The notes under the pieces are model-generated. The model ran no database searches and was not told where the DNA came from. It saw only the letters and a program-made list of their open reading frames with translations. 64,000 bases of DNA. Source: an uncultured Prevotella sp. Lineage in GTDB: Bacteria; Bacteroidota; Bacteroidia; Bacteroidales; Bacteroidaceae. This document shows, in pieces, positions 53,406 to 63,100 of the stretch. The stretch covers positions 12,635 to 76,634 of the forward strand of contig CAJOHJ010000011.1 of assembly GCA_905234265.1 (NCBI GenBank), given 5' to 3'. Position numbers and translations under genes: made by a program. Position 1 is the first letter of the stretch. Each line of letters begins with the position of its first letter.

Positions 53406-53448
53406 CAGCCGAAAATTTGTGAAAATTATATTATCAAAATTATTTTTT

Positions 53449-55011
53449 ATGAAAAAGACTGTTTTTTCGCTGATTGTTTTCATGATGACAGTGGTAAGCG
53501 CCTCAGCAGGCGGCATTCTTACCAACACCAATCAAAGCGTAATGTTCTTGAAAAACCCCGCCCGTGATGCCGCTATCGGCCTTGACGGCGTCTACTCTAA
53601 CCCTGCCGGCGTGGTGTTTATGCCAGAGGGCTTCCATCTTGCCATCAACTGGCAGATGGCTCACCAGACCAGAACCATCACCAGCACCAACCCCCTCTTT
53701 GCCCTTGGCAAGAAGAACGACGGCCAGACCACCAAGACCTTTGAGGGCGTGGCCGATGCCTATGCTATTCCGTCGGTGCAGGCTGCCTACAACAAGGGCA
53801 ACTGGAGCCTGCAGTTCAACTTCTCAATGCCTGGCGGCGGCGGCGTCTGCGAGTTTGCCGGCGGCCTTGGCTCATTCGAGAGTGCTGTCGGCCAGATAGC
53901 CACACAGCTGGCACCTCTTGGCGCCAAGGGATACGACATGGATGCCTACATGCGTGGACGCCAGTATTATTTCGGTTTCCAGTTCGGAGCTGCCTATAAG
54001 GTTAACGAACACTGGTCGGTCTATGGCGGTCTGCGTGCGCTCTACGGCGACGCCTCCTACCGTGCCCGCCTGACGAATATTCAGGTGAAGATGCTCGACC
54101 AGCAGGGAGAAGCCTACTACGTCAACTTCGACCGCTTCATCAACAACAGCATTGCCAGCATCAACAAGAAGGTAGGCCAGGCAGAGCAGGCTTACGGACT
54201 CGTGCAGCAGCTGCAGGCTGCCGGTCAGCCGGTCCAGGCCGCCGGGCTATCTGCCGTTGCCGACCAGCTCATTGCCAACGGCGCTCCTGCCACTGCCGAG
54301 CAGCTGGCTGCCGCACAGGCACAGGCCAATGCCGCCCTGGAGCCTCTGGAGGCACTGCAGAAATATGCGCAGGGCGTGAACATCATGAGCATTCAGACAG
54401 GCTTCGGCTTCGCTCCCATCATCGGCGTCGACTACAAGACTGGCAACTTCAACTTTGCTGCAAAGTATGAGTTCAACACGGAGATGAAGATGAAGAACCA
54501 CTCTACCGTTGAGAAGGCTATGGAGATTGACGCCATCAACAAGTTCCAGAACGACACTGAAGTCGACGAGGATGCCCCTGCCATGCTGGCCCTGGGCGCA
54601 CAGTGGAGCGTCATGCCGGAATTGAGGCTGAACCTTGGCTACCATCACTATTATGACAAGAATGCACACTGGTATAGGAACGCCCAGGAGAAGCTGTCGC
54701 GCGGCAGCAATGAATATCTGGCAGGCGTAGAGTGGGATGTCAGCCCGCGTGTGAACATCTCTGCCGGCGGACAGCTGACGCGCTACGGACTTACCGATGA
54801 ATACATGAACGACATGTCGTTCGTCGTCAACAGCTATTCGGCAGGCTTCGGCGTCAGCTACAAGGCCACCGAGAACATCACTCTGACGGCTGCATATTTC
54901 CAGACGAACTATTCTGACTACACGCGCACGGACTATCCGACGGCAGGCGTCAGCGACACGTTCACACGCACCAACCGCGTGCTGGGACTTGGCTGCCAGG
55001 TAGATTTCTAA
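53449..55011 (+). CDS. Outer-membrane transport protein, FadL/OmpP1/TodX-like
   Basis: Signal peptide, then GGILTNTNQSVMFLKNPARDA..GLDGVYSNPAG, resembling Bacteroidota FadL-like barrels, and terminal QVDF. Contains an Ala/Gln-rich helical insert. Confidence 0.5.
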   Translation: MKKTVFSLIVFMMTVVSASAGGILTNTNQSVMFLKNPARDAAIGLDGVYSNPAGVVFMPEGFHLAINWQMAHQTRTITSTNPLFALGKKNDGQTTKTFEGVADAYAIPSVQAAYNKGNWSLQFNFSMPGGGGVCEFAGGLGSFESAVGQIATQLAPLGAKGYDMDAYMRGRQYYFGFQFGAAYKVNEHWSVYGGLRALYGDASYRARLTNIQVKMLDQQGEAYYVNFDRFINNSIASINKKVGQAEQAYGLVQQLQAAGQPVQAAGLSAVADQLIANGAPATAEQLAAAQAQANAALEPLEALQKYAQGVNIMSIQTGFGFAPIIGVDYKTGNFNFAAKYEFNTEMKMKNHSTVEKAMEIDAINKFQNDTEVDEDAPAMLALGAQWSVMPELRLNLGYHHYYDKNAHWYRNAQEKLSRGSNEYLAGVEWDVSPRVNISAGGQLTRYGLTDEYMNDMSFVVNSYSAGFGVSYKATENITLTAAYFQTNYSDYTRTDYPTAGVSDTFTRTNRVLGLGCQVDF

Positions 55012-55030
55012 GAATTTTCCAGCTTTTGCC

Positions 55031-55081
55031 AGAGGTAAGGAAAGAAAATCCACATTTTCTTTCCTTACCTCTTTCTTATTT
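55031..55081 (+). terminator. Strong intrinsic terminator after the FadL-like gene
   Basis: Perfect 19-bp stem AGAGGTAAGGAAAGAAAAT-CCAC-ATTTTCTTTCCTTACCTCT followed by a T-rich tail. Confidence 0.85.
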
Positions 55082-55167
55082 CGTACCTTTGCTGAGAAAA
55101 ATTCAGCGAAGGTACTCACGCTCGGCAAAAAAAGAATGGAATTCTTTGTTTTGCGCTCGCTTAATCG

Positions 55168-55175
55168 TACCTTTG
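55168..55175 (+). promoter_or_regulatory. -7 box TACCTTTG for gltX
   Basis: TAnnTTTG match 24 nt upstream of the ATG at 55199. An identical 11-mer CGTACCTTTGC also occurs at 55082-55092. Confidence 0.5.
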
Positions 55176-55198
55176 CACGGTAAATATATAAATACGTT

Positions 55199-56737
55199 AT
55201 GACTGAAAGAACTGTGAGGGTGCGCTTTGCACCAAGTCCTACGGGAGCGCTGCACATCGGCGGCGTTCGCACGGCATTGTATAACTACCTCTTCGCACGC
55301 CAGCATGGCGGACAGCTCGTGTTTCGCATTGAAGACACTGACTCTACGCGCTTCGTGCCGGGAGCAGAGGAATACATCATTGAAAGCTTCAAGTGGCTCG
55401 GCATAAAGTTCGACGAAGGCGTGTCGTTCGGCGGCGACAAAGGACCGTATCGCCAGAGCGAGCGTCGCGACATCTACAAAAAATACGTCAGCCAGCTGCT
55501 CGGCGCCGGCAAGGCCTACATAGCCTTCGACACACCTGAAGAGTTGGAGCTGAAGCGCCAGCAGGTGCCTAACTTCCAGTACGACTGCCATACGCGTGGC
55601 GAAATGCGCAATTCGCTGACCATGCCCAAGGAAGAGGTGGACGCAAAAATCGCTGCCGGCGAGAAGTATGTCGTGCGCTTCCTCGTGGAGCCAGATCAGG
55701 AAATCGTCGTCCACGACCTCATTCGCGGCGACGTGCATGTGAAGAGCGACATCTGCGACGACAAGGTGCTTTACAAGAGTGCCGACGAGCTGCCAACATA
55801 CCACTTGGCAAACATCGTCGACGACCACCTCATGGAAATAACCCACGTCATCCGCGGCGAGGAGTGGCTGCCCAGCGCACCGCTGCACGTAATGCTCTAC
55901 CGCGCATTCGGATGGCAGGACACTATGCCGCAGTTCGCACACCTGCCGCTGCTGCTGAAGCCCGACGGCAAGGGAAAACTTTCGAAGCGCGACGGCGACC
56001 GCCTCGGCTTCCCAGTGTTCCCTCTGCAGTGGAAAGACCCGAAGACAGGCGACGTGAGCCGCGGCTATCGCGAAGACGGATATTTCCCAGAGGCTGTCAT
56101 CAATTTCCTGGCATTGCTGGGATGGAACCCTGGCACTGAGCAGGAGCTGTTCACCCTCGACGAGCTGGTGCCGCTGTTCGACATATCGAAGTGTTCGAAG
56201 GCCGGTGCAAAGTTCGCATACGAGAAGGCTGCGTGGTTCAACCATGAGTATATTCTCATGAAATCGGCAGAGGAGATAGCCTCGCTGTTTGCCCCGACGG
56301 TCCGTAAGCATTGCCCGGGCGAGACCGACGAGCGCATTTTGGCTGTTACGCAGATGATGAAAGACCGTGTGAGCTTCGTCAAGGAGCTGTGGCCGCTATG
56401 CTCATTCTTCTTTGAAGCCCCCGAGGCCTACGACGAGAAGACCGTCAAGAAGCGCTGGAAGACCGACGCCGCCGACGGCCAGCCATCCTCCGCACAGCAG
56501 ATGACGGAACTCATAGGCGTGCTGCAGGGCATCGATGACTTCTCGCTGGAAAACCAGGAGCGCATTGTCCATGCCTGGATAGAGGAAAAAGGATACAAGA
56601 TGGGCAATATCATGAACGCCTGGCGACTGACGCTCGTGGGTGAAGGCAAGGGCCCCGGCATGTTCGACATCTCTGCATTCCTCGGCAAGGAAGAGACAAT
56701 AGCAAGAATGCAGCGCGCCATCAATGCATTAGGCTGA
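55199..56737 (+). CDS. gltX: Glutamate--tRNA ligase
   Basis: Class I signatures [11 protein letters not shown] (HIGH) and KLSKR (KMSKS). Confidence 0.95.
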   Translation: MTERTVRVRFAPSPTGALHIGGVRTALYNYLFARQHGGQLVFRIEDTDSTRFVPGAEEYIIESFKWLGIKFDEGVSFGGDKGPYRQSERRDIYKKYVSQLLGAGKAYIAFDTPEELELKRQQVPNFQYDCHTRGEMRNSLTMPKEEVDAKIAAGEKYVVRFLVEPDQEIVVHDLIRGDVHVKSDICDDKVLYKSADELPTYHLANIVDDHLMEITHVIRGEEWLPSAPLHVMLYRAFGWQDTMPQFAHLPLLLKPDGKGKLSKRDGDRLGFPVFPLQWKDPKTGDVSRGYREDGYFPEAVINFLALLGWNPGTEQELFTLDELVPLFDISKCSKAGAKFAYEKAAWFNHEYILMKSAEEIASLFAPTVRKHCPGETDERILAVTQMMKDRVSFVKELWPLCSFFFEAPEAYDEKTVKKRWKTDAADGQPSSAQQMTELIGVLQGIDDFSLENQERIVHAWIEEKGYKMGNIMNAWRLTLVGEGKGPGMFDISAFLGKEETIARMQRAINALG

Positions 56738-56806
56738 TGCCTCCGATGCACAGGCGCGGTGGTGAAATGACGTGATAAAGTAATAAAGAAACAGGCAATA
56801 TCGGGA

Positions 56807-58108
56807 ATGTACAATCTCCTTATTTACATATACCTGCTTGGCGTAGCCATTGCGAGCCTTTTCAACGAGAAGGTGCGCAAGATGTGGCGCGGTGAGCGGG
56901 AGGCAGTCAGCGTGCTGCGCGAAAAAGTCGACCCTGCAGCAAAGTACGTCTGGTTCCATGCAGCCTCTCTCGGCGAGTTCGAACAGGGCCGCCCGCTGAT
57001 GGAACAGATGCGCCGCGACCATCCGGAATATAAGATTTTGCTTACATTCTTTTCGCCGTCGGGCTATGAGGTCCGCAAGAACTATGAAGGCGCGGACATC
57101 GTCTGCTATCTGCCGTTGGACACCATCACCAATGCACGCCGCTTCCTGCGGACGGTGAGGCCGGTGATGGCATTCTTCATAAAATATGAGTTCTGGTACA
57201 ACTACCTGCACATACTGCGCCACCGCGGTGTGCCGGTCTACAGCGTCAGCAGCATCTTCCGCCCCGGCCAGATATTCTTCCGCTGGTACGGCAGGCAGTA
57301 TGGCCATGTGCTGAAGTGCTTCACGCACTTCTTCGTGCAGAACGAAGTCAGCCGCCAGCTGCTTGCAACGATAGGCATCAGCAATGTAACCGTCGTCGGC
57401 GACACGCGCTTCGACCGTGTGCTGCAGATAAAGGCTGCTGCAAAGAAGCTGCCTGTCGTTGAGCAGTTCCTTGGAATGCAGGGCGGTGATGCTGTCAGCA
57501 ATGACGGAAAAGAACGTCAGCATAGAGTCTTCGTTGCCGGCAGCAGCTGGCAGCCTGACGAGGATATATTCATCCGCTATTTCAATGAGCATCCCGAGTG
57601 GAAACTTATCATAGCGCCGCATGTCATCGGCGAAGACCATTTGCAGCAGATAGAAAAGAAGCTGGAGGGGCGCAAAGTCGTCCGCTACACGCAATGTGCG
57701 GCTGCGGCAGGTGAAAGTGCTGTTGCGGCAGGTGGCAGCGCGGCAACGGCTGATGGCGCCGAGGTGTTGATTATCGACTGTTTTGGCCTGCTGAGCAGCA
57801 TTTACGGCTATGCCGACGTGACATACGTCGGCGGCGGCTTTGGTGTTGGCATTCACAACACGCTGGAGGCTGCCGTGTGGGGCGTACCCGTGTTCTTCGG
57901 TCCCAACAATGCGCGCTTCCAGGAAGCTCAGGGGCTGAAGGCGTGCGGCGGCGGCTTGGAGATAAATGGCTACGATGACTTTGCTGCAACCATGGACCGC
58001 CTGAGCAGTGACGACAGACTGCTCAGGGAAAAAGGCGACAGTGCCGCCAAGTTCGTTGCCACCATGACTGGTGCTACGGAGAAAGTCCTTGCCAGCGTCA
58101 GGCTTTAG
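56807..58108 (+). CDS. waaA: 3-deoxy-D-manno-octulosonic acid (Kdo) transferase
   Basis: WFHAASLGEFEQGRPL and the overall GT30 pattern, with an Ala/Gly-rich insert near residue 300. Confidence 0.88.
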   Translation: MYNLLIYIYLLGVAIASLFNEKVRKMWRGEREAVSVLREKVDPAAKYVWFHAASLGEFEQGRPLMEQMRRDHPEYKILLTFFSPSGYEVRKNYEGADIVCYLPLDTITNARRFLRTVRPVMAFFIKYEFWYNYLHILRHRGVPVYSVSSIFRPGQIFFRWYGRQYGHVLKCFTHFFVQNEVSRQLLATIGISNVTVVGDTRFDRVLQIKAAAKKLPVVEQFLGMQGGDAVSNDGKERQHRVFVAGSSWQPDEDIFIRYFNEHPEWKLIIAPHVIGEDHLQQIEKKLEGRKVVRYTQCAAAAGESAVAAGGSAATADGAEVLIIDCFGLLSSIYGYADVTYVGGGFGVGIHNTLEAAVWGVPVFFGPNNARFQEAQGLKACGGGLEINGYDDFAATMDRLSSDDRLLREKGDSAAKFVATMTGATEKVLASVRL

Positions 58109-58169
58109 GCTTTTTCGTTCATCAGGCTGTCCCTTTTCCTTGCCTATTCTTCTTCTTGTTTTTCTCCGC

Positions 58170-59966
58170 TCACAGCGGCTTTGTTGCCTGTCGCAGCCAT
58201 TGCTGGTCGTCGGCGTCAAGGTGTGGCGACAGCCGCTGCCAGACAGTGGCGTGATAGTTGTTTAGCCACTGCAGTTCCCCAGCAGTAAGCATTTCTCGGA
58301 TGATGGGTGCCGTGTCTATCGGACATAGTGTCAGCACTTCGAAGCGGAGAAAGCGTCCGCATTCCGTCTGCTGGCCTTCGGTGACCAGCAGGGTGTTCTC
58401 TATTCTTACGCCAAAACGGCCTTCCAGATAGATGCCTGGCTCGTCGGTGACCGTCATGCCGCTGCGCAGTGGCGACGGACGCCATTCCATGCGAATCTGG
58501 TGCGGTCCCTCGTGGACATTTAGGAATGCTCCCACGCCATGGCCGGTGCCGTGCAGATAGTTGAGGCCGGCCTGCCACAGCGGCTCGCGTGCGATGGCGT
58601 CGATCTGCGTGCCGGAAGCTCCGTCGGGGAATTGCAGCATGGCAAGGCGTATGTTGCCTTTAAGCACCAGCGTGTAAACCCTGCGCTGCTCGTCGGTGAG
58701 CGGACCTAAGGCAATGGTGCGCGTGATGTCGGTGGTGCCGTCCTGATATTGTGCGCCGCTGTCAACGAGCAGCAGTCCCTTGCTCTGCAGGGTGGCGTCG
58801 GTGTCGGCCGTAGCCTCGTAGTGGACTATGGCACCGTGGGCTTCGTAGCCTGCAATGGTGTCGAACGACAGTCCTTTGTACAGCGGCTGCCGGCTGCGCA
58901 GTGCTTCCAGCTTCTGGCTGACGGACATCTCCGTCTGTCCTGCCGCGTTTTCCGAAAGCCACCGCAGCCACTGCACCATTGCCACGCCGTCGCGAAGCAT
59001 TGCCTGCCTCATGCCTTTCTGCTCGGCAGCAGTCTTGACGGCTTTCATGGCGGCTACGGGCGACGCTGCCATTACCACATGGCAGCGCACATCCTTGCCA
59101 AGCGTGTGGGCGACGGTGTCTGCGTCAATCAGAATGTTGTATTCGCCATAGTCGTGCAGGCCATTGCCGATGTTGTCGTAGTCGTCGACGGTTATTCCGT
59201 TGTCGGCAAGATAGGCCCGGGTGTCGCTGTTCAGCTTCACCTTATTAATATATAGTGTGGCCCTGTCGGTGGCTATTAGCAGGTAGCTCACGAACACCGG
59301 GTTGCAGTGTACGTCGGAGCCGCGCATGTTCAGCGTCCAGGCGATGTCGTCAAGCTGAGTCATCAGCATGCCGTCGGCGTGCAGTTCGCGGAGCCGTCGG
59401 CGCAGCCGGCTGAGCTTGGAAGGCGTGTCTTCGCCGGTGAGGCTTAGTGGCTGCAGTGTCACAGTGTCGGTCGGGATTGGCGGTCTGTCGTGCCACAGGC
59501 GCTGGAGAGGATTGAAATTAGTGCGCAGCGTTATGCCGCCCTGCTGTCGCAGCTGCTCCTGAAGGGCTTCTACTGCAGAGATACTGCTGGTCATGCCGTC
59601 GATGCCCACTTCCCTGTCGGCATCATCGGCAAGCTGGTTGCCCAACCATTCGGCAATCGTCGGCGTGCCGCTGATTTTTTCCTTCATCAGCACGTAGCCG
59701 GTGTCCTTCAGCTGTTCGGCGGCAGCGATGAAGTATCGCGAGTCCGTCCACAGTGCTGCTGCCGTCAGCGTTACCACGGCAGTGCCGGCAGATCCTGTGA
59801 AACCGCTGATCCACTGGCGGCTTTTCCAGTGGTCGGCAGTATATTCGCTGTTGTGAGGGTCGGTGGTAGGGAATATGAATGCCGACAGATGCTCGCGGCG
59901 CAGTTCTTCGCGCAGCATCGCCAGCCGTTCCCTTATGATTTCGGGTGTCTTTTCTGGTGTTGTCAT
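58170..59966 (-). CDS. pepP: Aminopeptidase P family (M24B Xaa-Pro aminopeptidase)
   Basis: Creatinase-like N-domains, and the M24 metal-site motifs DSGAQY..GTTDITRT, HGTGHGVG and EPG.Y. Confidence 0.88.
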   Translation of the reverse strand: MTTPEKTPEIIRERLAMLREELRREHLSAFIFPTTDPHNSEYTADHWKSRQWISGFTGSAGTAVVTLTAAALWTDSRYFIAAAEQLKDTGYVLMKEKISGTPTIAEWLGNQLADDADREVGIDGMTSSISAVEALQEQLRQQGGITLRTNFNPLQRLWHDRPPIPTDTVTLQPLSLTGEDTPSKLSRLRRRLRELHADGMLMTQLDDIAWTLNMRGSDVHCNPVFVSYLLIATDRATLYINKVKLNSDTRAYLADNGITVDDYDNIGNGLHDYGEYNILIDADTVAHTLGKDVRCHVVMAASPVAAMKAVKTAAEQKGMRQAMLRDGVAMVQWLRWLSENAAGQTEMSVSQKLEALRSRQPLYKGLSFDTIAGYEAHGAIVHYEATADTDATLQSKGLLLVDSGAQYQDGTTDITRTIALGPLTDEQRRVYTLVLKGNIRLAMLQFPDGASGTQIDAIAREPLWQAGLNYLHGTGHGVGAFLNVHEGPHQIRMEWRPSPLRSGMTVTDEPGIYLEGRFGVRIENTLLVTEGQQTECGRFLRFEVLTLCPIDTAPIIREMLTAGELQWLNNYHATVWQRLSPHLDADDQQWLRQATKPL

Positions 59967-59970
59967 TGGC

Positions 59971-60025
59971 TTATGTTTTTATCTCTGCATGTTACGAAAT
60001 TATCTCTGCGAGTTATTTTGAAAAG
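59971..60025 (-). repeat. 21-bp-phased repeat, copy F (2 units plus fragment)
   Basis: TCTGCATGTTACGAAATTATC (59984-60004) and TCTGCGAGTTATTTTGAAAAG (60005-60025). Confidence 0.75.
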
Positions 60026-60030
60026 TAAAA

Positions 60031-60078
60031 AGCCCCACAAGAACCACAGCTGTCAGGCAGTACTGTTCTTGTAGGGCT
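60031..60078 (-). terminator. Intrinsic terminator of the PL11 gene
   Basis: On the minus strand, AGCCCTACAAGAAC-20 nt-GTTCTTGTGGGGCT (13 Watson-Crick pairs plus 1 GU) followed by TTTTACTTTTC. Confidence 0.65.
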
Positions 60079-60104
60079 TTATAGTGTTCAGTGTAGTCAG
60101 CTGA

Positions 60105-63100
60105 TTATCTCACGTTGACCTTCTTGGTGACAACCTTCTTGCCGTCGGTAACCTGCATGATGTAGGTGCCTTGGCGCAGAGGCATCTTCTGAGCCTGCTG
60201 TGTGGCTGCGCCGGCAGTGGTGTTGAAGCTGCCCACCAGTTGTCCGCCGAGGGTATACAGCTCGCAGTTTACTGTAGCGCCGTTGGCAATGCCCTTGATG
60301 GCCGTAGCCTCTACAATCTTCAGCTTGCCGGTGCTCATGAACTCAGAGGTGTCCCAGTCAAGTCCATTGCCCAGCTCAGGCAGGTCGAATGTCGGCGTGC
60401 CAGTCAGCTTGCCGCTGGCATTGATAAGCTGGTATTCAGTGCCAAGCATTGCAGTGAACGAGCTGGGGACGTTCACCTTTACCGTTCCGTTGAAAGTGAC
60501 GTTGTAGCCTCTCAGTACGGAGTTCTTCGAACTGTTGATGATGAACTCAACAGTGCCGCCCTCGTCGACGGTTGTCGTCATGGCAACAAGCATTGTGGCA
60601 GGCGTAGACTCTGTAGTGGCCAATGTTGCGGAACAAGGTATCATAGAGCCGCCCTCCTTGATGTTGAGGTTGTAAAGTCTGCCTTGTCCGGCTACGCGGC
60701 CAGTGCCTTGTACGGTCAGCGTGTTGCTGGCGCCAATCATGTAGAGCGAAGCGTTGGTGTCGTTGAAGTACAGCTTTCCTTCTTCAACGGTGACGTCGGC
60801 ATTCACCATCGGGGCGCTTTCTGTTGGGGTGCTGAGTTTCAGGGCCTTGTCGCCGCGCTTTACGAGATATGTCTTGGAAACAGCAACGTCGCCAGCGTAT
60901 GATTCTGCGCTGAATGCCTTGGGTACGCCGACGTGTACTGGCAGTGTCTGGTTGGCTGACGTGAGGTTGATAATCCATTTGCCGCTGCCAGTCAGATATC
61001 CGGTGCCTGTAACCTTTGCCACCTCTATGTCGTTGCCTTCGTTGCTTGCAAGCACGTTAGCGCCTACGTCAAGAGTTGCGTAAGGCATGCCTTTCGCGTT
61101 GCGGAAAGCCCAGACAGGCACGTACGACTTCTTGTTCTGGCGGTTGTTCTTGCGTGCGTTGATGGTTCCGGTGAACTGGCTCCAGTCACCGTCGAAGTAG
61201 CAGCGCAGACCGCCTGTGTAGGCAGTGAAAGTGCCTTCGCCGGTCAGCGTACCGCGATAGGTGCCGCGATAAGAGCCGTAGAATGTTCCGCTCTTGCCTT
61301 TGGGAACCACGAAGTTTGCCGTGTTGGTGATGCCTGGCGTGTCCTCATAGTTGGCACCCCACAGCGTGCCGTTGCCAAACTCAACCGTAGCAGGCAGCTG
61401 GTCGACGTTGTTCTGGTGAATTGCATTCACTCTGCCCTCAGAGATGACAAGCTTGCTGTAGGTGTTGCCGGCACCTGTGGTCATGGTGCCTGTGCCTGTC
61501 TTTGTCAGAACGGCATTTGTGCCTCTGATGCTGTTGTTGGTGCTGAAGGTCATGCCCGACGGCACAGCGATGTTAGCATTTCCAGAAATGTTTATTGGCT
61601 GGTCGGTGATGATGACGCCGTTGGTCTGCAGTGTTGCACCGTCGTTGATGGTTATGCTCTGCGAGCTGTTGCCCAGCGAGCCGTAGGACTGTCCGCTCTT
61701 GTTTGCCAGCATGCTGACGACGAGTTTGCCGCCGTTGATGGTCGTAGCTCCCGAACGGTTGTAGCTGTTGATGGTGACTGTGCCGGCGCCGTTCTTCACG
61801 ATTGGAGCGCCGCCGATGATGCTGTCGCCGTTGATGACATAAGCCTTCGTCTCGTTGTTGAAGGTTACAGACTTCGGTGCAACGCCGCCCTTGATGTTGA
61901 CAGTCGTGTATGCGGCATTGTCGTCGAAGGTGATGTCGTCGCCCTGGGCGGAATAGGTGGCGGTAGTTCCCAGCAGGAAGCTCTCGCTGAAGCCGAAGTC
62001 CCAGATGTTGAGGCTTTCAGTACCGTTCCAGACGATGGCACCTGCCTCACGCAGTGCGTTGATGTTCAGATAGAGCTTGCCGTCTTCCAGTGTCAGCCAG
62101 CTCTTGACATTGCCCAGTCCCTCGAGGTTGATGTCGTTGATGTTGCCTTCTATCTTGGCGACATTGCCCAGCAGATACTTGCCGGTAGCCGGTGTGCTGG
62201 TGAATTCGAACACAGGAGCCTTGTATGTAGGACCGAAGTCGAGCCACACCTGTTCGGTCTTGGCTTCGATGGTGAGTTCGTTGCAGTTCACCTGATCAAA
62301 GCTCTCGCCGTTGGCATCGAACACGATGCGCGAGCCGAAGCCCAATGCCAGTGTCGTTGTGGTTATGCTGCCGACATTGCTCTTTCCGCCGGGGAAGATG
62401 GTGGCATTGTAGTCAGCCTTCAGTCCTCCGAGGAAGCTGCCGCCGTTGCTTATCAGCGTGGTGTGGCGGTTCAGCCACAGCGGGCTGCTCTGGAAGGTGC
62501 CGTCGAACTGCAGCGTACCGTTCCAGATGTTGGTCTCGCCGGTGTGCTTCTCAACGACATTCGGCAGTACCAGTACGCCCTCGCCCTGCTTGATGATGCG
62601 TGTTGCGCCGCTGAAGGCACCGCCGGTGAGCGTGGTGGTGTAGGTCTCTACGGTGCGTGCCGGCGACTTCGGAGTTGACGAAGTAGCCTGCTGCGAGCCG
62701 CTGCCCTTCACCCATGCCGGTGCGTTGACGGTGAGGATGTATGGGCTTGCGCCGTCGGCAACGCTGATGGTCTTGTTCTCATAGCCGCTGACGAGCAGAT
62801 GCTCATTGCTGCCAGTTCCGATGGTGCCGCCGTTGGCAACCTCTGTGCGGCCGTCAAGGATGAGTGGCGGCGGAGCGATGGTTATGCCCTCCAGTTCGCC
62901 GAGGAAGAAGCTTACGTGAGGCGGCTGGTTGTAGCCTACGTTCTGCCAGCACATGCCGTTGCGGTATTCATGGTCGTGCCAGAGCGTGTAGATGGCGTAG
63001 TCGGTCTTCGTGGTGGTGGTGAAGATGCGCATTGCAGAGTTGTCGCTCTTGCGGAGCACTATTTCTTCGCGCCAGTCGCCCAGGATGTCGCCCTGTGCTG

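Noticed and set aside
54247-58219. Chain of long minus-strand ORFs (54247-55272, 55103-56311, 56729-58219)
   Set aside because: They are antisense to the FadL-like gene, gltX and waaA. They also run through terminators and promoters, which is inconsistent with real genes.
61416-62678. 420-aa plus-strand ORF
   Set aside because: It is antisense to the repeat region of the PL11/T9SS-CTD gene, so it is a shadow ORF.
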